Assembly (NCBI GenBank): GCA_902767135.1
Contig: CACXGE010000066.1
Location: forward strand, 5,313 to 69,312
Direction of reading: 5' to 3'
From: an uncultured Lachnospiraceae bacterium
Lineage (GTDB): Bacteria; Bacillota; Clostridia; Lachnospirales; Lachnospiraceae
Length of the DNA stretch: 64,000 bases
Below the pieces are notes generated by a model that saw only the letters and a list, made by a program, of their open reading frames with translations, made no database searches and was not told where the DNA came from. A program made the position numbers and the translations under genes. Positions 10,812 to 20,800 of the stretch are shown piece after piece (position 1 is the stretch's first letter; the number at the start of each line of letters is the position of its first letter).

Positions 10812-10840
10812 AGTATATCGCATCTTCTTTTTTGTTGCAA
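10812..10840 (-). promoter_or_regulatory. Candidate sigmaA promoter for the CmpB-like gene
   Basis: The minus strand reads TTGCAA-17 nt-TATACT. Confidence 0.4.
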
Positions 10841-10917
10841 GTATTTCATTTTTCATCCAGATTTGAAGCCACGGTACACGGTTACCTGGCTCTCCCCCAC
10901 TGGCCCCCACGTTCTGC

Positions 10918-10946
10918 TTGCAAGTGAAATGAAAACAAGTTATACT
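10918..10946 (+). promoter_or_regulatory. Candidate sigmaA promoter for aroC
   Basis: The plus strand reads TTGCAA-17 nt-TATACT, 52 nt upstream of the aroC ATG. These are the same hexamers as the divergent promoter. Confidence 0.4.
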
Positions 10947-10997
10947 ATGAAAAGCATAAGGTAACTATAGTAACGAAGTATTGAAAGGAACATAAAT

Positions 10998-12095
10998 ATG
11001 TCAGGATCAATTTATGGAAAACATTTTAGTATAGCAACCTGGGGGGAATCCCACGGAAAAGGCATCGGTGTGGTAGTGGATGGCTGTCCTGCCGGCTTAG
11101 AGCTATGTGAAGAAGACATTCAAAAATTCTTGGATAGAAGAAAGCCCGGACAATCCAAGTTTACCACTCAACGAAATGAGGCAGATGCTGTGAAAATTCT
11201 TTCCGGAACCTTTGAAGGAAAAACTACCGGAACACCGATTTCCATGGTAGTGTTCAATGAAACCCAGCGCTCCTCTGACTATTCAGAGATTGCAAACTAC
11301 TATCGCCCGGGACATGCGGACCTTACCTACGATATGAAATATGGCTTTCGTGATTATCGGGGAGGTGGACGTTCCTCTGGGCGGGAAACCATTGGCCGTG
11401 TGGCTGCCGGTGCCATTGCCATCAAGATATTAAGTTCTTTGGGTGTGGATATTTTTGCCTACTCCAAATCCATTGGACCAGTAAACTGTGACCCGGAAAA
11501 GTTCAGCCGTGAGGAAATCATGAACAATAAGCTGTATATGCCGGATGCTGAGGCTGCTGCTAAGGCTTCTGATTACCTGGCACAATGCATGGCAGAGCGC
11601 AATTCTTCTGGTGGAATCATTGAGTGTATTGTAAAAAACATGCCTGCAGGAGTAGGAGAGCCTGCCTTTGAAAAGCTAAGTGCCAACCTTGCCAAAGCCA
11701 TCTGCTCTATCGGTGCGGTAAAAGGCTTTGAAATCGGAGATGGATTTGATGTGGCTACCGCCACCGGGCTTACCAACAATGACAACTACGAAATAAAAGA
11801 TGGTAAAGTATGTAAGCTGACCAATCATTCCGGTGGAATCTTAGGTGGAATCAGCGACGGCTCTGATATCATACTAAGAGCTGCCATGAAACCAACTCCT
11901 TCTATTGCAAGTACACAACATACCTTTAATAAACAAGGCGAAAACATTGATATCAATATCAAAGGCCGCCATGACCCTATTATCGTGCCCCGTGCCGTAG
12001 TAGTTGTGGAATCCATGACCGCCCTTTGTCTTGTGGATATGCTTTTTGAAAGTATGACCTCTAAGATGGAAGATATTGTGAAATTCTTTCGGTAA
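10998..12095 (+). CDS. aroC: Chorismate synthase
   Basis: 365 aa. Has WGESHGKGIGVVVDGCPAG, GRSSGRET and other chorismate synthase signatures. It is the only convincing plus-strand gene in the window. Confidence 0.96.
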   Translation: MSGSIYGKHFSIATWGESHGKGIGVVVDGCPAGLELCEEDIQKFLDRRKPGQSKFTTQRNEADAVKILSGTFEGKTTGTPISMVVFNETQRSSDYSEIANYYRPGHADLTYDMKYGFRDYRGGGRSSGRETIGRVAAGAIAIKILSSLGVDIFAYSKSIGPVNCDPEKFSREEIMNNKLYMPDAEAAAKASDYLAQCMAERNSSGGIIECIVKNMPAGVGEPAFEKLSANLAKAICSIGAVKGFEIGDGFDVATATGLTNNDNYEIKDGKVCKLTNHSGGILGGISDGSDIILRAAMKPTPSIASTQHTFNKQGENIDINIKGRHDPIIVPRAVVVVESMTALCLVDMLFESMTSKMEDIVKFFR

Positions 12096-12114
12096 TTTGG
12101 AATGGGATCCCCTT

Positions 12115-12639
12115 CTAAAAAAAATTTACAACCAGTACGCTGGCAGCCACACCTGCCAGCGTACTGAGCAATGCTCCTATCAAGGTCCACCGGGTTTTTG
12201 TCACTTTTGCCGCCAGAAAATAAACTGACATGGTATAAAAAATGGTCTCTGTACAGCTCATCATAATAGATGCAATCATTCCGATATAGGAATCTGGACC
12301 ATATTCTTTGAAAATATCAAGTACCACCCCGGTAGCTGCAGAGGAGGAAAATAATTTCACGATTGCTAAGGTCAAAAGTTCTGCCGGAAATCCAATTCTT
12401 ACAACCAAAGGAGTCACCAACTCTGCAAGCATATCCAAAAATCCAGAGGCTCTTAAAATACCTACTCCCATCATTAACCCCACCAATGTAGGCATAATCT
12501 TTCTCACAGTCTGAAAGCCTTCCTGGGCTCCCTTTATAAAATCACTGTACACATCCTGTTTATCTAATATTCCCATAAGTACAATAGAAAAAACCACAGC
12601 AGGTATCACCATATTAGATACCATCACCAAAATATGCAT
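12115..12639 (-). CDS. spmB: Spore maturation protein B (nucleoside-recognition/Gate domain membrane protein)
   Basis: 174 aa, polytopic, paired with spmA immediately upstream, which is the typical Clostridia/Bacilli arrangement. Confidence 0.85.
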   Translation of the reverse strand: MHILVMVSNMVIPAVVFSIVLMGILDKQDVYSDFIKGAQEGFQTVRKIMPTLVGLMMGVGILRASGFLDMLAELVTPLVVRIGFPAELLTLAIVKLFSSSAATGVVLDIFKEYGPDSYIGMIASIMMSCTETIFYTMSVYFLAAKVTKTRWTLIGALLSTLAGVAASVLVVNFF

Positions 12640-12708
12640 ATCTCTTCTCCTCTACTACCTATTTCTTGCATTTCCCTCTCACTTTTCCCTATTCACTGGG
12701 GCACTCGT

Positions 12709-13311
12709 CTAAACGATACCTTTTCTGTCCATAATCTTACAAAATATCACTGCCACCAGAGTACTGACAAAAGTCGCGATAAGTGCCGGCATAATAATTC
12801 CTGAAGGATTTACACTGTTATACTGACTTCTATAAGCTATGATATTCACCGGTATCAACTGCAAAGAAGATATATTGATAATTAAAAATATACACATTTC
12901 ATTGCTGGCAATTTTAGATGTTTCCTCTGAACCTACTAAATCTTGACGAAGCTTTGATAACTCTTCCATTGCCTTTAATCCTGCCGGGGTCGCCGCCCAG
13001 CCAAGTCCAAAAAGATTGGCAGCCATATTAGTACACATATACTCCATTGCTTTTGAATCCTTCTCAATTCTTGGAAACATAAATTTTGCAAAGGGCATCA
13101 AGACTCTAGTCAAATACCTTATCATGCCGGCATTTTCAGCAATCTTCATCAGTCCCACCCAGACTCCCATCACGCCAAGCATGGTAATACAAAGATTAAT
13201 AGCCTCCTTTGCAGATTCTAATATAACGTTAGAAACATTTTCAATATTTCCTGTTAGGAAACCATAGAAAATCCCTACAAGAATCATTCCCGCCCATAGA
13301 TAGTTCAACAT
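12709..13311 (-). CDS. spmA: Spore maturation protein A
   Basis: 200 aa with N-terminus MLNYLWAGMILVGI... and a Gate-domain membrane profile. Confidence 0.85.
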   Translation of the reverse strand: MLNYLWAGMILVGIFYGFLTGNIENVSNVILESAKEAINLCITMLGVMGVWVGLMKIAENAGMIRYLTRVLMPFAKFMFPRIEKDSKAMEYMCTNMAANLFGLGWAATPAGLKAMEELSKLRQDLVGSEETSKIASNEMCIFLIINISSLQLIPVNIIAYRSQYNSVNPSGIIMPALIATFVSTLVAVIFCKIMDRKGIV

Positions 13312-13416
13312 AGTATCACTCCATTATATTTTTATTTTCTATTACTCCTCTCTAATATATATAAATATTCTTGGAAAAAAATTCCTCTACTAGGGGATGC
13401 GCCCCCCTTCTGCACA

Positions 13417-13446
13417 ATAAAAAAGCCCCCCATTCCTGGGAGGCTT
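13417..13446 (-). terminator. Rho-independent terminator at the end of the pil-giant gene string
   Basis: The minus strand reads AAGCCTCCC-aggaat-GGGGGGCTT (9 bp, one G.U) followed by TTTTTTATT, 26 nt after the stop of the 1434-aa ORF. Confidence 0.85.
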
Positions 13447-13471
13447 TTGATTCCGAAGTATTTCTTTATAG

Positions 13472-16400
13472 TTACTGAATGATAACCGTTGAAACGTTTG
13501 ACCAGTCACTATATACCTTCTTGGTTCCTACCTTCTTGTATGAACGAACCTTTACATAATATGTTTTTCCTGTCTTTAAGTTCTTCACTGTCTTGCTAAT
13601 GGTTCTGTTCTTTGTGATAGAAATGCTCTTTCTGTACTTCTTGGCAAAGCTGTCCTTGGTACTGTAGTAGATTTCATATCCGGTAACTGTCTTGTCCTCC
13701 TGCCAAGTCATCTTCATTGTCTTTGTCTTTGGCATTGTGACACTAAAGTTATTCACACGTGCAGGCTTGATGTAGCAGTACAAAGTTCTGCTTCCAGTAA
13801 AGTTGTTGATTCCCTTGATGGTAATCTTCATCTTGCCTGGATTCTTGTTAGAAGAACAAGTTACTTTATAGCTGGAATTTGCATATACACTTACTTTTCC
13901 AAAAGTAGCTGTAAGTGATGGATTCTGCGCATTTCCATTGTAGGTTAGATCCGGAATTTTTGCAAATTTTACCTTGGTGATGCTGGCTGGTTTGATTGCA
14001 AAGCTAAACGTCTTGTTTCCTGTGTAATTTGTACCCATGGCACGAATGGTTACCGTTGCAGTTCCTACATTGATATTAGAAAGGTAAGTTACGGTATAAT
14101 CCTTATCCTTTACTAAGGTCTTTCCTAAATCTGTCACTGTAACTGCAGGGGTCAATGCACTTCCTGTATAAGTCAGAGATGTAGCTGCAAGCTTCACTGA
14201 TGCCTTTGTCAAGTCTCTGGAGGTGATACGATAAGATAGAGTTCTTTCACCTGTGTAATTGCCTATACCCTTGATTACAATTTGTTTAATTCCACAATTT
14301 TTCATATCACTTGGGTATGTGATGTTGTAGTCCTTACCTTCAACTAGAGCTTCACCATTATTTGTCTTTACGGTAATGGCTGGCTTATGTGCTTTTCCGT
14401 CATACTCTACCGTTGTCTCATCCATGGATATAGAACCAAGGTTGGTTCCCACCACTTCGATTTCTCTCTCTTCAGAATATCTTCCATCTGCTGAAGATAT
14501 AACTACCTTTGTCTTTCCTGCCTTTAATGCAGTAATTGTCGCTATAGCTACATTTCCATTTCTTGATGGTACCAAAGAAAGGATGGTTGGATCTGCCACT
14601 GTAAATACCACTGCGTCTGCATTTGCCTGTAACTGAACCCTAATGAACTGATTGCTGCTTCCAAAAGCAACCGTTTTTGGTACTGAAATGCTTTCAAAAC
14701 TTGTAATACGGTTTACAACGTTTACGTTAATGGTAGTGGTCTGATTTGACGCTGTTGCTTTTGCAGTAAGCTTTGCAGTTCCTGCTTTATTCCCGTTGAT
14801 AACACAGGAATGTGTATCAATACTTGGATTCAGAGAAGCAACGGCATCGTTGGATGATGTCCACTCTACTTTTTCATTTGCATTGTTTGTGACATTAAAC
14901 TTAACAGTATTCGTTTCTCCTGTGTATACATATACATCTTTATTGTTTTCAATCGCATTGTTATTATCATCATAAAGAGTCATGCTCTCCAATCCGATTG
15001 CCACCTTTACAAGGCAGGTTGCCTTCAGTTCATCATTAATCTTTGCTGTGATGGTAACCATTTCATCGGATGGTGTAAGTCCAGTAATCTCACCATTATC
15101 ATTTACAGAAACCAAGTTTGGATTTGAACTTTCATAAATAACCTTGTCTGTGGTATCCTGTGGAACTACCTTCACACCTAACTTATGAGTGGCTCCCTTT
15201 GAGATAACCGTATATGCATACTGCGTTTCTTCCATCTCAATAGCGGTAGCCGGCACCAATATATGAACCAATACCGTTGCCACCTTTTTGCTCTGTCTGG
15301 AAGTCAACTTTACTGTCACATCTCCCTTAGTTATTGGTGTTAAAGTAAGGCTTCCTTCATTTTCTAATTTTTCCTTGTCATAAGAGACAACATTACCTTC
15401 CTGTTCCACTGTCCAGTAGAAATCATCGTTGGATGTTAATCCACTGTCGCTAAACAAATTGGCATTTAAAGTATATGACTTTCCTTTAGCTAAAGAAAGT
15501 TCACCCTGTGCGGACACATTTTCCTCACCATATGTAATGTAAGCTGTTGTAGCATGATATGCCTTAGATAAGGTAATGGTAGCGCTTGCTGTAGCTGTAG
15601 ACAAATACTCTCCATTTACACTTACCTTTCCAAGTCCACCTTCTCCTGCAATGTACACATAACAGGTATTTCCCTTGAAAGTAGACAATAATTTAGATTG
15701 ATCTAAATCATTCAAATTGATTGCATCATTTGGATCTAACAATGCAACCTTTTTCACATCTGTTGTTGTCCATGTATACTTTTCATTCACGTCAGCACCT
15801 TCGTTAGGTGTTGCAGTAAGCTTATAAATATGTCCGTTAATTCCAACAAAATTTGAAGTATTCAGTGTAAGTTTCGTAGCTGCTGCAATCACAGTGATGT
15901 TAATCATTGCCTGCTTACCTGAACTTGCTGCTGTTGCAATCAGGCTGGCTTTTCCTGCTCCTACTGGTGTTACATTACCATTGCCATCTACAGTAAATAC
16001 TTTTTCATCAGAACTAGCCCATACAATATTTTCATTTGCCGTAGTGCTCTCACTATCCAAAAGCTTGGCAGAATACTTTACTGTTCCACTGGAGGTATAA
16101 AGTGTCTGGTTTCCAACTACCTGTTCATCTCTTAAAATCTGAATATCATCTGCTAAGTTCAATTTCTGTACATAAATATCATAACTTACACTCTTTGCAC
16201 TTCTTGAAGAAGTCAAAGTTGATTTTGCTCTAAGTGTAATGGTAATATTACCTTCTCTGACAGCCTTCACTAAACCATCCTGGGTGACTGAGGCCACGTT
16301 GGCATCTGAACTCTCCCAATATGCCTCGTCCGTAGAATCACACACATAGTCCCAGTTGTTTTTAAGTTCGTCGTATCTGAATCGGCTTAAGAACAGTGGA

Positions 16401-17713
16401 TTTAACTGTACACTTTCACCTTCTACCAATGACATTCCTCTTTCTTTTCCGTCATCTACAACTCCGTATGCAACATTCCCTTCGACATTACTCTTATATG
16501 TATATTGAGCTCTGTTCACCTGACCCTTTTCGTCTTTAGCATACTCTTTTTCATATAATCCTTCAAAACTCTTGACATTGGTCTTTCCCGGAGCCTCTTC
16601 CTTACATATTCCTAATTCGAATGCCTCTGCAAGAACCACCATCTTATAAGGCTTTGATGCCTGACCAGACTCTGTGATAATAGACAAAGTACCTGCAGTG
16701 GTTGCCTTATATCCATATACTTTCATTACAAAAGAATATGATGTATCACTCAGTTTTTTCATGGAGTAAATTCCTGCCCCAAAACAGTTGTCTTTGTCAT
16801 TTGAGCTGACTAATACAGCATCGTCAACATCATCCGCACTGATGGCAGTTCCCACCGCTTTTTCCGGATTAACAAGAGTTCCCTCTACCACACCTGAAAT
16901 ATCAACACATTCGTCCACATCTACATAAATAGAGTCTGTGGACATATGAGGATACTTTGTGATGTTTTCTCCATTGGTACTTGCTATTGCCACAATGTCC
17001 TTGACATTGGAAGCTGATTTGAATACTTTGATATTCTGTTCTCTTTTCTTTCCGTTGACAGAAGCAGAAATCACTACTTCTCCGTTGGCTGGCTTACTTT
17101 CACCAAAAGTAACGGTTGCATACTTTACAACACTTCCCACATAGGTTGTGGTGTCATTTTTACTATCTTCTGGTGTAACTGTTACATTTTCATCAGAACT
17201 ACTCCACACTACTGAGTTAAAATCAGCAACAGGAACTACTGTCTTTACTTGGATGCTTGTCTTAGTATACTGCTTTTCAAAGTCAGTATCTCTCTCACCT
17301 TGAATCTGTGCAATGCCATCTACAATCTTTAATACTGCTGTTCTGGAATCATTGCTGGTTGCTGCTTTTACAGTGATTTCGTCACTTACTCCTTCTGCTA
17401 CCGTAACCTTAAAGTTCTTGGATACACCGTTGGTAGCTTTTGTGTCATCTAACACCTGTGTAGAAATTCCTTCTCTGGTATCACAGGTCCAAGTTACCTC
17501 TGTATTCTCTACTGTCAATACAGACAATGTAATTTCAGAACCTGCCCAGACATAATCCATGGACTTGTCTGCTGTAATCACAGCATTTTGTACAAATCCG
17601 GTTTCTGCAGCTTTTGCTGGCGTATAATCCATCAGAACACTGGTCACAACCACTGCCATTGCCATCAAAAATGCTACACAAGATTTCATTTTTTGTGTCA
17701 TTTTTTTTCTCAT
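13472..17713 (-). CDS. Secreted 1413-aa surface protein with multiple Big_2 (bacterial Ig-like) domains, three tandem ~75-aa YxG...DYxVTY...GNYTG repeats and a C-terminal fibronectin type III domain
   Basis: ATG 17713 is preceded by GGAGGAAAAC. The Sec signal MRKKMTQKMKSCVAFLMAMAVVVTSVLMDYTPAKA/AE is present. Repeated Big_2 signatures include WESSDANVASVTQDGLVKAVREGNITI, VWASSDEKVFTVDGNGNVTPVGAGKA and YESSNPNLVSVNDNGEITG. The FN3-like end reads GYEIYYS...YYVKVRSY. No LPXTG. Confidence 0.9.
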   Translation of the reverse strand: MRKKMTQKMKSCVAFLMAMAVVVTSVLMDYTPAKAAETGFVQNAVITADKSMDYVWAGSEITLSVLTVENTEVTWTCDTREGISTQVLDDTKATNGVSKNFKVTVAEGVSDEITVKAATSNDSRTAVLKIVDGIAQIQGERDTDFEKQYTKTSIQVKTVVPVADFNSVVWSSSDENVTVTPEDSKNDTTTYVGSVVKYATVTFGESKPANGEVVISASVNGKKREQNIKVFKSASNVKDIVAIASTNGENITKYPHMSTDSIYVDVDECVDISGVVEGTLVNPEKAVGTAISADDVDDAVLVSSNDKDNCFGAGIYSMKKLSDTSYSFVMKVYGYKATTAGTLSIITESGQASKPYKMVVLAEAFELGICKEEAPGKTNVKSFEGLYEKEYAKDEKGQVNRAQYTYKSNVEGNVAYGVVDDGKERGMSLVEGESVQLNPLFLSRFRYDELKNNWDYVCDSTDEAYWESSDANVASVTQDGLVKAVREGNITITLRAKSTLTSSRSAKSVSYDIYVQKLNLADDIQILRDEQVVGNQTLYTSSGTVKYSAKLLDSESTTANENIVWASSDEKVFTVDGNGNVTPVGAGKASLIATAASSGKQAMINITVIAAATKLTLNTSNFVGINGHIYKLTATPNEGADVNEKYTWTTTDVKKVALLDPNDAINLNDLDQSKLLSTFKGNTCYVYIAGEGGLGKVSVNGEYLSTATASATITLSKAYHATTAYITYGEENVSAQGELSLAKGKSYTLNANLFSDSGLTSNDDFYWTVEQEGNVVSYDKEKLENEGSLTLTPITKGDVTVKLTSRQSKKVATVLVHILVPATAIEMEETQYAYTVISKGATHKLGVKVVPQDTTDKVIYESSNPNLVSVNDNGEITGLTPSDEMVTITAKINDELKATCLVKVAIGLESMTLYDDNNNAIENNKDVYVYTGETNTVKFNVTNNANEKVEWTSSNDAVASLNPSIDTHSCVINGNKAGTAKLTAKATASNQTTTINVNVVNRITSFESISVPKTVAFGSSNQFIRVQLQANADAVVFTVADPTILSLVPSRNGNVAIATITALKAGKTKVVISSADGRYSEEREIEVVGTNLGSISMDETTVEYDGKAHKPAITVKTNNGEALVEGKDYNITYPSDMKNCGIKQIVIKGIGNYTGERTLSYRITSRDLTKASVKLAATSLTYTGSALTPAVTVTDLGKTLVKDKDYTVTYLSNINVGTATVTIRAMGTNYTGNKTFSFAIKPASITKVKFAKIPDLTYNGNAQNPSLTATFGKVSVYANSSYKVTCSSNKNPGKMKITIKGINNFTGSRTLYCYIKPARVNNFSVTMPKTKTMKMTWQEDKTVTGYEIYYSTKDSFAKKYRKSISITKNRTISKTVKNLKTGKTYYVKVRSYKKVGTKKVYSDWSNVSTVIIQ

Positions 17714-17737
17714 GTTTTCCTCCTTCTTTACTTGCGG

Positions 17738-17760
17738 AAAAGGGGTATTGCTACCCCTTT
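17738..17760 (-). other. Intercistronic stem-loop (9-bp perfect stem, GCAA tetraloop on the sense strand)
   Basis: AAAGGGGTA-gcaa-TACCCCTTT lies between the 2059-aa stop (17813) and the 1434-aa start (17713). There is no U-tract beyond the stem. Confidence 0.5.
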
Positions 17761-17812
17761 CATATATTTGCCTCATAACTGCCTGTGACAGCGGTTATAT
17801 ATGCCCCTTATG

Positions 17813-20800
17813 TTAATCCAAATCAAACAACTGTGCTCTGCTGATATCTAAAGCATCATGCACTGATGCTGTTTTCTGTTTTGAAGTACCCTCTCCGATT
17901 TCCGTGTGCATCTTTACGTAGAGTCTGGTATACTGCTGGGTCTTAAAGGCTTCGGAAACTGGAAGCATTACATAGTAAGTCTGACCGTTTTCTAAGGCAT
18001 TGTATTCCACTTCTGCGTCTGTCTTTGCATTGTAAATCTTTAGCTGGGCACTGCTTGTGTATCTCTTACCCTTTTCTTCTGTACCGCTAATATTTGTGGT
18101 ATCTGTACCTGCATCATAGGTCTGGAACAATTCTTCAATGACAATTTTCTTATTCTTTGCAGTCAGGTTACCGTCATATACGTTAAAGTATGCTCTTACG
18201 GTTCCGCTATTGCCGTCTGCAGTGTATGCAATATTGTCTGCCATTGGGGCAATCTGGCTTGCCACTTCCGTGGTTAAAGCCGCATCATAAGGAATGGTGA
18301 TATTGTCAATCTCCTCTGCATCGTACTCTCCGTTGTCCACAAAGCTGACTTCCGGAAGCTTAAGCTGGGCATTGTAAGCTGCAATCATGGTATTGATAAA
18401 GAGCTTGATTTCAGTGTCATCCGAAATAATATAATGCCCCGCTCCAGAATAGGTGATATTTCCCTTATTGTAAATGTAGTAGTTATTTCTCACGTCATTT
18501 GGACTGGCCTCATACAAGCCCTCTGCTCCTTCGTATCCCTTGACATCATTTAAGGTATACCACACAACCAAATCGCTTTCATCATCATTGTTGTCGTCAG
18601 CTTCCAAGTCTACGGTCCAGTACTGGGCATGGGTACATGCCACATCAAAGCTCTCTGGAAGTTTATACGGATAGTCTGTGATAGCACCGTCATTAATCTT
18701 TCCAATCTGAACCGTCATTTCAGGATTCGGTTCATCTCCATTATACCATTCATATTTCTTGGTGTTATCAATGCCCTTCATATAGGCAACTGCCTTAGCA
18801 TCTTTGTTTTTATTTCTCACACCGCCATAAGTATTACCCTGGGTATCACCACTTACCTCCTCCTGATTGGTATTTGGCTTAAATGCCACATCATGGGTGG
18901 AAAGACCTGCGATACTGTCCACAATTTCTGCCCATCGGCTACCTGCACTTGACTTGGTATAATCCTTACCAGTCGCCACTAACTTTTCATTACCATCTGA
19001 TACTTTAAAGTACTGGTCAATGTAAGTTAATGCATAAGTGTCACTTGCAAAATTTGACACGGGGTTCGCAAACAGCTTGGTGGTCAGTCCATACTGGTCC
19101 ATACCACAAAGTCCTCGGATACCAATGGTCATAAACTGGGAACTCTTAGCTGTAGTCTTATCATAATCTTTTGTATATTTTTCATCTACATAGGAACTCT
19201 TCTTCTTGTAATCTCCACTCCAAGAAGTGGTATCATGGGTGAAGAGGATACTCTTTCCGCTTTCCCCAAAGGTGTTCAACGCCTCTACAAAAGCTGCCTC
19301 TCCCTTGAATCCGGTGTCATCAGCCCCCGTAACATTCTTACCATTTAATGAGAAGGCATCAATAAATCCTACCACCACCATGTCGATTGGCTGGTTATCT
19401 ATGGTGTAATTTAGGAAGTAGTCTTTAATATCTGTATCCGATAGATTACTCTTGGTAAGTGTTTTGGCAATTTCATTACCAGATACTGTCTTAATCCTCA
19501 AGTCAAAGTCTGGAATTTCTTTCAGCAAATTATGCCAATTAGAATCATTGCTTCCATACAGTCCTTCTCCCTTAAGTGCCTTTTCCATATTGATATAAGT
19601 ACCCTCCATGGAAGTACGTTTCGTCTGTTCATTTGTAGTAGAGCCGGAGGTAATCTGTAGAATACGAATCACCTGTTTATCATTGGTTTTATCCTCTGTT
19701 CCGCTGGCAGTCTTTGGGTTTACCTTAATGGCACAGTAACCCTTCTTTTCTGCCAAGATACTTGAGAACTGATTGGAACGAACCTGGAGTTTCCAGTTGA
19801 TACATCCGTCAAAACTCTTTGGAAGCTTGTAGCTTAAGGTGTATACGTTACCTTCTGTGAGACTATACTCTCCATTTTCATTACAGCTTTCCACCTTTCC
19901 GGTTCCACGGTTTTTAATTACCATGGAAGTTTTACTTAAGTACTCAGAGTTTTCCGAAAATTTACCGTCAAAGTTCTGGTCTATGTAGAGATTACAGTCA
20001 AAGGTCTTATCACTGAGCACTGCACCTTCCAAGGTGGAGATAGAAAACTCATATCTTAGATAATACCTTCCCTCTGCATCCTCCTGCAGATACTGTACAT
20101 CTGCAATTGGACTACCTACCTTTCCTGTATCTTCTGTATAGGAATATTCTGTTGGAAGTTCTGTCAGGTTTAAATCAATTCTTGTAGTATTTAAGTAGTT
20201 TGCCAGTTTCTGCTGTGCCTCCACAGTATCATCAATCAGCAGATTGGGATACTGACGATTCTCCCAGTTAAAGATATCTGCACTAGTTTTACCTGAAATT
20301 TTCATATCATAGTTATAATAGCCTTTTTTCTTTACCTCTTCCGGCTGATAGATACCCTTTTCTGAAGATGCCAGCTTCAATACCTGATACAGATATGTGG
20401 AGCTATCTACTGTCACCGACTTATCAAAATCAATATCAGTACCAGTACTTGCCTTTGTATAATACGGTGAATATTTATAATGATCCCCAATATATATATT
20501 CGCATCCTCATCTGCTTTGGCACTTGAAATATCTACATTTCCCTTATCTGTTCCTTCCTTGGCATAAATCTTAACATACTTTGCATCGATTGGAATCGTA
20601 TAAGAGCTCACATGGTGATTTTTTGAATTTCTACTCCATTTTCCAGTTTCCAGTTTTCCATCAAAGGTCTTTCCATCAACAGAGACTGCATAATATTTTG
20701 GCAGGGCTGTCCAGGAACCATCTACCTCCAAGGTCAGCTTTCTTGTATCTCTTCTTGATGATATTCCCTGACCCTTTGCTTTAATGCTTTGAGGAGCCCC

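Noticed and set aside
12096-12114. A bidirectional terminator between the convergent aroC and spmB genes, centred on the palindrome GAAtGGGATCCCcTTC.
   Set aside because: The stops are only 19 nt apart. The palindrome gives at most 5 bp around a 4-nt loop with an internal mismatch, which is too weak to call a terminator.
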